This document shows positions 48,016-56,782 of a stretch of 64,000 nt of DNA, one piece after another; the first letter of the stretch is position 1; every line of letters begins with the position of its first letter. Location: the IMG/VR virus record IMGVR_UViG_3300044568_003163, positions 186,001 to 250,000 of that record. One strand, 5' to 3'. The position numbers and the translations under genes are program-made. Below the pieces are notes generated by a model, which saw only the letters and a list, made by a program, of their open reading frames with translations, was not told where the DNA came from and searched no databases.

Positions 48016-48074
48016 TACAAATATAACAAAATTAAGTGTTATATAAAAATGTTTTAATGGAAAGTTATTAACAA
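48016..48074 (-). promoter_or_regulatory. Early promoter TATATTTGTA with TTGTTAATAAC box (48-bp offset)
   Basis: Boxes at 48016-48025 and 48064-48074. Confidence 0.7.
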
Positions 48075-48553
48075 ATAACAACTGCTCTAGTTCGTGTAGA
48101 GTTTACTAAACGATAGGTTAAGTCAATATAAATAGCTCCAGTATCTCCATTTATGTTTACAATATAATCAGTAGGTCTAATTAATTCCCAGAAGATCGAA
48201 GTATTTTCTTCGGTTTCAGGATCTATGAACGCGGAATTAACTCTCCATAATTGAATTTGAACATCCGCTAAGGAAGGAGCCATCCTTCTACCGATTAAAA
48301 ATCCTGGAGTATATAGAGATATTTCTGCCGCTTCGATTATAAGTCTTTGATTTCCTGCAGAAATCCATTCCTTAATAAATTTTGATGTTGCTGCAGTGGA
48401 TCCAGTAGGTCCAGTAATTCCAGGTAATCCATTTATACCGGTTGCTCCTTGCGGACCAGTAGGTCCTTCTGATGATGGTAAGTATACCGGATTTCCAAAA
48501 AAATCTACTAGGATTCCATTTATTAAATATACTTGTTGACTACTTGTAGGCAT
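48068..48553 (-). CDS. Small protein with short collagen-like G-x-x stretch
   Basis: GPTGPQGATGINGLPGITGPTGST. Confidence 0.75.
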   Translation of the reverse strand: MPTSSQQVYLINGILVDFFGNPVYLPSSEGPTGPQGATGINGLPGITGPTGSTAATSKFIKEWISAGNQRLIIEAAEISLYTPGFLIGRRMAPSLADVQIQLWRVNSAFIDPETEENTSIFWELIRPTDYIVNINGDTGAIYIDLTYRLVNSTRTRAVVIC

Positions 48554-48576
48554 ATGTTTCTTTTCTTATATCTATC

Positions 48577-49530
48577 TTACGAACGAACTATATGCTGAAT
48601 TTTATAAACTAATGAAAGCATACAAATTACCGGATCGATAACAAATCGAAGTTCATATGAATGTCGATTAACTTCATAACATATTTCACCGGCTTTTCTC
48701 ATTAATTGAGGACGTTCTAATTGAATGTATTCGATGAAATCTGTACCTAAAGATTGAACCACATCATCGACTTTTGATGAGTAATTAGAAACTAAGTATT
48801 GATAGTTTTTAACTTCATCATTTGAAGGATTGAAGATGTGTTCGTAAAGGTCTTTGAAAACTCCGTGGAATTTTTTGACATCTTCGGCAGTAATTTTAGT
48901 TTTGCCTTCAGCATGATAACCTTGTAAGATATTGATAATTGAACGCAAATCTGGAAACTTACGCTTAACTAATTCAACTAAAGCTTCTTTCTCAATATCC
49001 ATACCTTCGGTTTTGATGATATCGTAAACTCGCTTATAGTATTTCTTTTCAATTTCAGCTTCTTCCTCTTCGGAGAAATCAAAATTAAAGCATTCAAAAC
49101 GAGATTGAATGTTGTCTGGAATTTTATTGATGTAATTGCAGGTAGCAATAAAACGAGCAGTTTTTTCAAATTGTTCAATTGTGCCACGTAAAGCTTTCAT
49201 GTATGCATCAGAGACACCATCGAACTCATCTAATATAACCACTTTTAATTTTCTTTCGCCATCAATAACAGATAACGTAGAACAGAATTCAGATATTTTT
49301 GTACGAACAGTATCTACACCGGTTTCAACTGAACAGTTGATGTACATAGTTGGATTATCTTTTGAAATAGCTTTTGCAGTCGATGTTTTACCTGTGCCTG
49401 GAGAACTATGAAATAAGAAATTCATATACAAACCATTTCTAAGTTTGGTTGCAATTCTTTCAGGTAATATCAATTCATCTAATGTGGATGGACGATATCT
49501 TTCGGTCCATAGAGCTTTTTTAGGATTCAT
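48577..49530 (-). CDS. gp44: Clamp loader large subunit (gp44/RFC-like)
   Basis: LWTERYRP, SSPGTGKT, VILDEFD, FIATCN, IQSRF, FPDLR. Confidence 0.93.
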   Translation of the reverse strand: MNPKKALWTERYRPSTLDELILPERIATKLRNGLYMNFLFHSSPGTGKTSTAKAISKDNPTMYINCSVETGVDTVRTKISEFCSTLSVIDGERKLKVVILDEFDGVSDAYMKALRGTIEQFEKTARFIATCNYINKIPDNIQSRFECFNFDFSEEEEAEIEKKYYKRVYDIIKTEGMDIEKEALVELVKRKFPDLRSIINILQGYHAEGKTKITAEDVKKFHGVFKDLYEHIFNPSNDEVKNYQYLVSNYSSKVDDVVQSLGTDFIEYIQLERPQLMRKAGEICYEVNRHSYELRFVIDPVICMLSLVYKIQHIVRS

Positions 49531-49583
49531 ATAAATAGTTTAGAGTTATTATATGATAGTAATCCTAAAAGGTATTAACAAAT

Positions 49584-49985
49584 TTATGAGTTCAGCTCTT
49601 GTAAAACTTCCTTAAGATTTCTAGCAGTTCGATCATTGTATTTTTGTTGAGAGATTCTATCTCTTTTTTCAATTACTCTATTGAAAAGAGCTTTGACTTC
49701 GTCCACTTTTTTCTCTGGTAAATCTACATGATAGGAAAATTTACCATTTTGAAGAATAATGAATTTGTCGAAAATTTGAACATAGTATTTTGAAGTTTCT
49801 ACCGTGTATTTTTTCTTGTCGAAGATATAACGTAAAGCAGTATTAGGTTCACAAATCAATTTATTGACGATCCGCAAACAATCAATTTGTTTATCTTCGG
49901 TTAATTCATTATTAGAAACCGTTAATAATTTTACAATTTTTCTCTTTACTCTTCGTGCTCTTACTTGTAATCTTACCGGTCTCAT
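49584..49985 (-). CDS. Hypothetical basic protein
   Basis: ORF in early operon. Confidence 0.7.
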   Translation of the reverse strand: MRPVRLQVRARRVKRKIVKLLTVSNNELTEDKQIDCLRIVNKLICEPNTALRYIFDKKKYTVETSKYYVQIFDKFIILQNGKFSYHVDLPEKKVDEVKALFNRVIEKRDRISQQKYNDRTARNLKEVLQELNS

Positions 49986-50179
49986 TATTTGTTAATTTTT
50001 TCAAATGAGCAAAATAATAAGAAAGCACCTATCAAAGTAGTGCACATTGCAGTTGCAAGTTCATTAAGGGTACCAGCGAACGGTATGTATTTTTGAGCGG
50101 TTCCAGTTAATAAGGAATATGTAACCCAAAACGCGATTAATGAACCTAAGGCCGGAAAGATGTTGATGGTGATTTTCAT
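49985..50179 (-). CDS. Small membrane protein
   Basis: Two hydrophobic helices; early box at 50202-50211. Confidence 0.7.
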   Translation of the reverse strand: MKITINIFPALGSLIAFWVTYSLLTGTAQKYIPFAGTLNELATAMCTTLIGAFLLFCSFEKINK

Positions 50180-50263
50180 AGTTCTTTGTTTTAATTAGAT
50201 ATGTAAATATAATCAATATTGCGGAAACTAAAAAACTTTAAATGTTAAAAATCTGTTAAAGTT

Positions 50264-50740
50264 TTATGCAGCCTTTTCATATTGGAACAATGCTTTACCC
50301 CATATAGGAGCAATTTTCTGGGCAATTCTCTTACCGTAAGCTGAGTACAAAATACCTTGATTCCAAAGAAAGTGCTCATAATCATAACCGTATTGTTCTA
50401 CCGCTCCTTCAGCGATCCAACGTAAGGCAGTAATCTCATCATTAGCACCCATTTGGATAGTATTAGTAATAAGGGTTTGGAAGGCTTTATCAGCTTCAAA
50501 TTCAGCAGCCAATTCCTCTTCACGATTATCAGCACAAACCTGTTCGAAACGATCAAAATCAGCCTCTAACTCCTCAGTGGTTAATGCATGTACATTAATA
50601 GTACGAGGACGGAAACCATAAGCATCTTTATGGAAATCCGAATATAAGAGAAGCATATTCTCTCGATGAGACAACTCATAGTTATGAGCTAATTTAGATT
50701 CAAGTTCTTTTTGTTCGTGGATTTGTGATTCTGTCATCAT
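50264..50740 (-). CDS. Hypothetical early protein
   Basis: YSDFHKDAYGFRPR motif; early promoter at 50763. Confidence 0.8.
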   Translation of the reverse strand: MMTESQIHEQKELESKLAHNYELSHRENMLLLYSDFHKDAYGFRPRTINVHALTTEELEADFDRFEQVCADNREEELAAEFEADKAFQTLITNTIQMGANDEITALRWIAEGAVEQYGYDYEHFLWNQGILYSAYGKRIAQKIAPIWGKALFQYEKAA

Positions 50741-50762
50741 AATGTGTAGTTTTAATTAGATA

Positions 50763-50821
50763 TGTAAATTTAATCAAATAATTAGAAACAAGGAAATTTA
50801 TTTCAATAAAGTTATTAACAA
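50763..50821 (-). promoter_or_regulatory. Early promoter TAAATTTACA with TTGTTAATAAC box (48-bp offset)
   Basis: Boxes at 50763-50772 and 50811-50821. Confidence 0.65.
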
Positions 50822-50822
50822 T

Positions 50823-50996
50823 TTATAGACACCATTTTATGCTTTTAACTTCGGATTCATACGAAAGCCTATATTCAAGTTCTTTCCAAATCTTAGTAAG
50901 TGAAGGACATTTGCAATACTTAGTAGCAATAAGTGTTTCTACGTTGTTTATTGTAATGTAAAAATTCCAATTTTTAGGTTCGTTAAATCCTTTCAT
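50823..50996 (-). CDS. Small hypothetical protein (57 aa)
   Basis: Hand-translated MKGFNEPKNWNFYITINNVETLIATKYCKCPSLTKIWKELEYRLSYESEVKSIKWCL; fills the gap. Confidence 0.65.
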   Translation of the reverse strand: MKGFNEPKNWNFYITINNVETLIATKYCKCPSLTKIWKELEYRLSYESEVKSIKWCL

Positions 50997-51001
50997 AATA
51001 C

Positions 51002-51292
51002 TTAGTATATGTAGTTAAGAGCAATATTCATAGAAGTTGAATTGAAATCTGATGGTATTGGTTTGATTACTTCCCAAACTCCATATTTAACGTTTTTGAT
51101 AAATTCTAATCTTCGTAAATTTGATAGATATTGACGAGTACGATATCCAGGATTATTGTTCCATCTCTTCCAATTAGTAACATTTTCGATACCAGTGGTA
51201 TGTTCGATTAAATCTGATACCTTAAATTGTTGACCGTTACGTTCGTTTAAAAATGTTTTAACTGACGTGAATAATGAATTTTGATTTGACAT
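51002..51292 (-). CDS. Hypothetical early protein, possible winged helix
   Basis: TRQYLSNLRRLEFIKNVKYGVWEV pattern. Confidence 0.65.
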   Translation of the reverse strand: MSNQNSLFTSVKTFLNERNGQQFKVSDLIEHTTGIENVTNWKRWNNNPGYRTRQYLSNLRRLEFIKNVKYGVWEVIKPIPSDFNSTSMNIALNYIY

Positions 51293-51314
51293 AATGTGTA
51301 GTTTTAATTAGTTA

Positions 51315-51383
51315 TGTAAATATAAGCAAAAAATCCGACACTAGGAAATGTCGGATTAATTATTTTCAAAAAGTTATTAACAA
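51315..51383 (-). promoter_or_regulatory. Early promoter TATATTTACA, hairpin, and TTGTTAATAAC box (58-bp offset)
   Basis: Boxes at 51315-51324 and 51373-51383; CCGACA/TGTCGG hairpin between. Confidence 0.7.
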
Positions 51384-51384
51384 T

Positions 51385-51612
51385 TTATTGTTCGTTAGTA
51401 AAGAATTTTGTTACTTGGTCTAAGTTTTCGTTTGCTACTGAGATGTGGTCTTCTGCCCAATCATGTCCATTCTTTAAGATTTCGTCCATTTTAATAGGAT
51501 CCATAGCTAAAAGAATTTCAACATTTCTTTTGATGGTTTTAAGATTTCCAATTGTCATATAGTTTTCAGCCTTTTCGTTTACAAATTCACTGAATGTAGG
51601 TAAGTGTTCCAT
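51385..51612 (-). CDS. Putative internal head protein
   Basis: N-terminus MEHLPTFSEFVNE; GHDWAEDH motif. Confidence 0.75.
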   Translation of the reverse strand: MEHLPTFSEFVNEKAENYMTIGNLKTIKRNVEILLAMDPIKMDEILKNGHDWAEDHISVANENLDQVTKFFTNEQ

Positions 51613-52020
51613 TTACTTCAATAATTTTCTAATATTTTCAATAACTATTGATCGATGATTGATAACTGCCTGAGCTTCTTTAGGATGTCTTTGCATAAGT
51701 TTTATCGTTTCTCTTGCCCAATTTTCTATTTCCTTTGTTAGCTCAAGAGTTTTAGGCCAGGTTGAATCGTTAACGACATCAAAATCTGGATTACCTTCTA
51801 GTGATTCAATTCCAGTTTCTACGCTTTTATCGATGTTCGACCAATATCCACCTCCTTTAGAACTTATGATAGTTCCAACTGATACTTTTACTTTTCTAGT
51901 TCCTCTGATATTTTTAACTTCAGTGTCTTTATTAGCAATATATACATTCCAATATTCTCCACCTTTATCTAAAAATGTAGATTCATTTAAGAATTCTTCG
52001 TATGTAGGTAGTTTACTCAT
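51613..52020 (-). CDS. Putative internal head protein
   Basis: N-terminus MSKLPTYEEFLNE. Confidence 0.75.
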   Translation of the reverse strand: MSKLPTYEEFLNESTFLDKGGEYWNVYIANKDTEVKNIRGTRKVKVSVGTIISSKGGGYWSNIDKSVETGIESLEGNPDFDVVNDSTWPKTLELTKEIENWARETIKLMQRHPKEAQAVINHRSIVIENIRKLLK

Positions 52021-53516
52021 TATTTCTTTGTTTTCTTATTTTCAAATGTTATTCCAGCATGTGCACTTCCTTTAGCTTCACCTGGATGATATTCACCATC
52101 AAATGAAGTTACTACGAAAGTTTTATATGGCGATACTGAACAACCAATTCTTTCCATAAATTTACGATTAACTAAAAATTTAGTAGATTTATCTGTTCTA
52201 TTAACTAATGAAACCTGAACCTCTTTGTAAGTTTTACCTGCAAATGCAATATCCATTTCAATTATAGGCCTTTCATCTATATCGTTACCAACTTCTGCGT
52301 TAGAAATTCCAATTATCTGATGTACGTATTTTTTGCCGTTCAATTCCCAATTACACTGTTTACCATCTTCGCTAATTTTCATTTTATCATAAGTCATAGA
52401 ACATGAAAGTGAACCGTTTCCAGTATCAAATTTAGCAACAACATCACCAATTCCAGGAATTGTAATTACTTCTCTAAATCCAATAACTCTACGAGAACGA
52501 ATCCAATTTTGTCTATCTGATAGAAAATCGATGATGTCTTTAATAACATCTACACCAGTAGCTTTTTTTAATCCTTGTGTACCTGGAGATGAGTTAACTT
52601 CCAGTACATAGTTTTTACCTGTTTTCTCATCAACGATAATATCAACTCCACACCAATTACAACCTACTGCCTTAGCCGATTCGATTGCAATTCTTTCTTG
52701 TTCTGGTGTTAATTTAGTTTTTTCAACAGAACCACCTAATGAATAGTTAGTTCTAAAGTCTTTATCGACTTTGTTTCTTCTCATATAACCTAAAAGTACC
52801 GAGTCAGTATCTTCTGGTTTAGGCGAATTGAAACGTTTAGTTAAAACGTGAATACGTAAGTCATATTCTGATTCGATTTTTTCTTGTATAAGAGTTTCTA
52901 CAGTTGGATCTACTTTCCATAAAGTTTGTAATACTGATTTAAGAGATGCCAATGAATCTATAATAGAAACTCCAATTCCTTGAGAACCAGAAAGCATTTT
53001 AAGAATTACAGGAAATTGTCCGCCGATTTGTTCAACTGCCGGTTCGATAGAATCTTCTCCATCGACCATTGCCATTTTAGGAACTGGAAGACCAGCATCC
53101 ATAAGCATTTTCGAAGTAACGTATTTGTTTTCGCATGCTAAAACTGAACTTAGTGTGTTTACTACAAAAAAGTTATTGTCTTCTAATTGAGATACAATAT
53201 CTCGAGTATAAGTATTTCTAACGATTCCTCTACGAGTTAAAATCGCAGTATCTTCGGAATCAATTTTAAAGGGTTTCTTGGTTTTATCAACGATAGTAAA
53301 ATAATCTCCATCAGTACTTTTAGTTAACGAACATGTGTTAACGTCAATGATACGGAATTCAATTCCACGTTTTTTACATTCTTTCTCAACTGCAGGAACG
53401 GTATATGATTCCTCACTGATATTTGAAAGGAGTACAACCTTAACAGGATTTTTAGGTGTTGATTTTGTAGCCTCATTAATTACAAATTCGTTAAAGTATG
53501 CGAGACGGTTTTTCAT
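52020..53516 (-). CDS. rimK: RimK-family ATP-grasp ligase fused to RimB-like retropepsin protease
   Basis: CENKY...GLPVPK, FPVILKMLSGSQGIGV, LIQEKI, DLRIHV, DFRTNYSLGG, CGVDI, VLEVNSSPG; then VIGFREVI, AKFDTGN, FLVNRKFM. Confidence 0.9.
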   Translation of the reverse strand: MKNRLAYFNEFVINEATKSTPKNPVKVVLLSNISEESYTVPAVEKECKKRGIEFRIIDVNTCSLTKSTDGDYFTIVDKTKKPFKIDSEDTAILTRRGIVRNTYTRDIVSQLEDNNFFVVNTLSSVLACENKYVTSKMLMDAGLPVPKMAMVDGEDSIEPAVEQIGGQFPVILKMLSGSQGIGVSIIDSLASLKSVLQTLWKVDPTVETLIQEKIESEYDLRIHVLTKRFNSPKPEDTDSVLLGYMRRNKVDKDFRTNYSLGGSVEKTKLTPEQERIAIESAKAVGCNWCGVDIIVDEKTGKNYVLEVNSSPGTQGLKKATGVDVIKDIIDFLSDRQNWIRSRRVIGFREVITIPGIGDVVAKFDTGNGSLSCSMTYDKMKISEDGKQCNWELNGKKYVHQIIGISNAEVGNDIDERPIIEMDIAFAGKTYKEVQVSLVNRTDKSTKFLVNRKFMERIGCSVSPYKTFVVTSFDGEYHPGEAKGSAHAGITFENKKTKK

Positions 53517-54000
53517 TTTTGCGTATATATTTTATGAATGATTTCTGATTATCTATCATCATTCTCTTACATTTTTCAGTAAAAGCTAATGAAGATTCAA
53601 TAACTCGTTGGTCTATTTTTTCGTTACCTTTAAGGTAGTATTTAAAACATTTTTCACAAGTAAAATTACTTGGAATGTATGTATCTATTCGAGATTGAAT
53701 CTCTTTATTGCAATAAGCACAGTTCCAATCAAATATCTTATACGAATCTTTTACTAATGAATAAGAAGATATGTCTTTTGACCCTGGTTGAACAAATGGC
53801 CTATTCAAATGAGATACTCTTATTCTTCCATCTTCGATCCTAAAGATGGCATTTATAAAAAGGTCATCATCAGCATATTTCTTAACTACTGGATTTTCCT
53901 TTAGTATTCGTTGATGCCTAGGTGGAAGTCCTTTAAGTACGATTCCATATTTAGTAGGAGTTTTACCTAAGTTCTGTCTTTTTATATGATAATTAGCCAT
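53491..54000 (-). CDS. Zinc-finger-containing hypothetical protein
   Basis: CAYC...CEKC. Confidence 0.7.
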   Translation of the reverse strand: MANYHIKRQNLGKTPTKYGIVLKGLPPRHQRILKENPVVKKYADDDLFINAIFRIEDGRIRVSHLNRPFVQPGSKDISSYSLVKDSYKIFDWNCAYCNKEIQSRIDTYIPSNFTCEKCFKYYLKGNEKIDQRVIESSLAFTEKCKRMMIDNQKSFIKYIRKNEKPSRIL

Positions 54001-56104
54001 TTATAGGATATTCATTCCATAAATTATTTAATCGTTCCTCTGCTAATGAAAGTATTGCGGATATTGTCCATAAATCAGTAGAATTACCTTCTTCGGCAGT
54101 TTCTTTATATTTATCGATAGCTGCTTTAGCTATATCTAAATTAGCTTGAATTTTATCTACTTCAGTTTGTAGGATTTCCTTTTTAGCTTCATCGGTTTCA
54201 TTCTTAAGCTCTTCTTTCTTTGAATCTAATCCGGTTTTGATTGCATCGTACTTTTCAGTTGCAGTACGAAGTTTAAATTCTTCGATAGTTTCTGTTTGTT
54301 CTTCTTCAGGAGCTTCTTTAGGAGATTCACTAGTAGCTTTCTCTAATTTTTCTGGATCAGTCTTTTTTGCTGATGCTTCACCTTGCTTTTCTGCTTCGTC
54401 TGACTTTTTTTCTAAGTCCTTCATCATTTCTATAGCCTTGTCTAATTGACCTTTAAGAGCTTTTTTCTTTTTATCACTAGGAATTAAAGTAGCAAGTTGA
54501 GTAAGAAATTCAACACGATTTTTAGCACGTTGTTTCGATATGTACAACCACGAAAAGAAATTAGCTTTACCTAATAGACCTCCAACTAATTCGTTGGTAG
54601 CATCTTTTTGATTTTCTACTGCTGAATCAATATCTTTCAATTGAGAAACATATGAATCGGTAGCAATTTCTACTTGTTCTCTAAAAGCTTCAAGTTTTTC
54701 TTCGTCAGTCATATCCGTATCTTCGCTTTTGAAATTATCTTTAACGTCATCAACTTCTACTTGTGCCTTTCTTTTAGCAGTAGCCGCATCAGATATTTCC
54801 TTTTCTAGAGCTCTAATTTCAGCAGCATCTTCTTTTGGATCTAAATTAGCCTTTTCTTTTCTAAGTCTATTAAGTTTTTTATCGGCATTAGATAAATTAG
54901 ACTTAGCTTGCTCTAATTTTTCTTTTGTCTTTTCGTTAGACTTTTTAATGTTTTTAAGTTCTTCTTCGTCTGAATCTTCTTCCTCTTCGGCATTTATATC
55001 GTCAGCAGTATCATCAGTTGCAGTTGCACCAGTAGGTCCAGTAGTTCCTTCTGGTTCTTTTTCGGTCGATGTAGTTGATCCGGTAGGACCTGTAGTTCCA
55101 TCAATTGCAGTAGTTCCTTCTGGTTCCCTTTCAGAAGATGAAGTTGCACCAGTAGGTCCAGTAGTTCCTTCTGGGTTTTTAACTTCTGGCTCTTCTGCTG
55201 GAGTTTCTTCTTGCTTTAATTTTTCTATTTCGGCTTTAAGATTATCATAAGCTTCTTTTGCAGATTGTTTACCTTCAACAGATGAATTATCTAATTCTAA
55301 TTTAAGTCGATCTAAATCAGCTAATTTAGACGCAAGTAAAGCTTCTTTTGCTTTTTTCTCTAATTCGGCTTTATCTAATTGGTCTTCTCCATCTTCTTTA
55401 AGATTAGAAATTTCCTTTTTGATTTTAGCAAATTTTTCATAGTTAACATAAGATTCCTGTCTTGCTTTTGCTATTTTCTTAGCGTCATTAGCATCGTCAG
55501 CCTTCTTAATGTCTTTCTGTTCAGCAGATAATTTAGCATTTTCTGCTTGATATTTTTTATGAGTTACTTCTAATTCTCGTCTCTTTTCTGGATCGTCGAC
55601 AACAGAAGTTATTTTTTTCTTAATTGATTGAATTTCGTCTTTAACCTTAGCCTTAATTTTACTAATCTTTTCTAATTTATCAGTATCTGAAGCACCTTTA
55701 GGTTGTGGAGTAGTTTTAGGTTCAGTTGGTTTAGGAGTTTCCTTTGCCTTAGGTTCTACCTTAGGCTTAGGTGCATCTTTTTTCTTTGGTTCAACTTTGG
55801 CTTTCTTTGCAGGAGTTTTATCCGGTGCTTTAGGTTTAACTTTTTTAGATACCTTCCTAGCTTGTTTTCTTGCTGCTCTTTTTTGTGCAGCAGTTTGAAC
55901 TTCAACTAAAGCAATATATTGTGGTAGACTTGAAAAGTCATATTCTTTTAATGATTCAAATACATCTCCTAATGTGGCATCCTCATCGACAAAAATATCG
56001 AAATCTTCACATATCGTTTCAAAAAGAGATTCTAACAGATCTAAGTATATTTGATCGTTTACTTCTTCTTCGTATTTTTCTAATAAATAGTTGTTTAATT
56101 TCAT
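53993..56104 (-). CDS. Highly charged coiled-coil protein, probable prohead core/internal protein, with GTTGPTG repeats
   Basis: Lys/Glu/Asp-rich; acidic N-terminus with L-x-E sites; co-transcribed downstream of the capsid gene region. Confidence 0.7.
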   Translation of the reverse strand: MKLNNYLLEKYEEEVNDQIYLDLLESLFETICEDFDIFVDEDATLGDVFESLKEYDFSSLPQYIALVEVQTAAQKRAARKQARKVSKKVKPKAPDKTPAKKAKVEPKKKDAPKPKVEPKAKETPKPTEPKTTPQPKGASDTDKLEKISKIKAKVKDEIQSIKKKITSVVDDPEKRRELEVTHKKYQAENAKLSAEQKDIKKADDANDAKKIAKARQESYVNYEKFAKIKKEISNLKEDGEDQLDKAELEKKAKEALLASKLADLDRLKLELDNSSVEGKQSAKEAYDNLKAEIEKLKQEETPAEEPEVKNPEGTTGPTGATSSSEREPEGTTAIDGTTGPTGSTTSTEKEPEGTTGPTGATATDDTADDINAEEEEDSDEEELKNIKKSNEKTKEKLEQAKSNLSNADKKLNRLRKEKANLDPKEDAAEIRALEKEISDAATAKRKAQVEVDDVKDNFKSEDTDMTDEEKLEAFREQVEIATDSYVSQLKDIDSAVENQKDATNELVGGLLGKANFFSWLYISKQRAKNRVEFLTQLATLIPSDKKKKALKGQLDKAIEMMKDLEKKSDEAEKQGEASAKKTDPEKLEKATSESPKEAPEEEQTETIEEFKLRTATEKYDAIKTGLDSKKEELKNETDEAKKEILQTEVDKIQANLDIAKAAIDKYKETAEEGNSTDLWTISAILSLAEERLNNLWNEYPING
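55022..55174. repeat. 33-bp exact direct repeat (55022-55054, 55142-55174) with a degenerate middle copy
   Basis: AGTTGCACCAGTAGGTCCAGTAGTTCCTTCTGG twice, encoding PEGTTGPTGAT. Confidence 0.9.
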
Positions 56105-56105
56105 T

Positions 56106-56675
56106 TTAGTTTTCTGAGTTTAATGATGGAGCTGATGGTTTTTCTAATTCAGTCGAAGGAGGAGTCATTGAAGGTATAATACTTCCTAATTCAGGAATTT
56201 CTTTATTTTCTAATTCAGCTAATTTAACTTGCAATTTAACCACTTTCTTAAAGCCTTTTAGTTTTTCTAGCTCTAATTTACGTTCTTGTTCTAAAGATGA
56301 TTTAATTTTTCCTTTTTTAAATAAGAATGCAATGTAAATTCCAGTAAGTGCTGCACCGACGGCTAATCCTTTAACAATACCTTTAGCTGTACTAATTGCA
56401 GTTCCTGCAGCAGTATCAAATTCAGCTTCACCTCCGGCTTCAGCATAAGCTTCGTTTAAATCTTCTAAAAAAGATTCATATAGATAATCGTATGAGGATG
56501 AACTTTCGTTTATTACTGATTCACTAATTCCATCACCAGAAAATAATAACAAAAATCTAACGATCTCTTCATATTCTTTTTGTGCCGGTGTATAATTATA
56601 CTGAGTGCATAATTTTCGGTAATCTTTCATCTCGTTTTGAATTCCGAGAACGTTTGTAGGTAGGATAAAAGTCAT
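56106..56675 (-). CDS. Putative prohead core or virion protein
   Basis: Multiple I/L-x-E sites (VINE, LYE, LNE); late box at 56707. Confidence 0.6.
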   Translation of the reverse strand: MTFILPTNVLGIQNEMKDYRKLCTQYNYTPAQKEYEEIVRFLLLFSGDGISESVINESSSSYDYLYESFLEDLNEAYAEAGGEAEFDTAAGTAISTAKGIVKGLAVGAALTGIYIAFLFKKGKIKSSLEQERKLELEKLKGFKKVVKLQVKLAELENKEIPELGSIIPSMTPPSTELEKPSAPSLNSEN

Positions 56676-56733
56676 AATATGATGTAGGGTTACTATTCAA
56701 TTTAATTATATATCTCTAAAATTTGTGACAAAA

Positions 56734-56761
56734 AAAGAGCTCTTCGTAAGAAGAGCTCTTT
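56734..56761 (-). terminator. Strong terminator after major capsid gene
   Basis: AAAGAGCTCTTC-GTAA-GAAGAGCTCTTT 12-bp stem followed by a T-run. Confidence 0.85.
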
Positions 56762-56782
56762 GAAATATATGAAGTATAAAGA

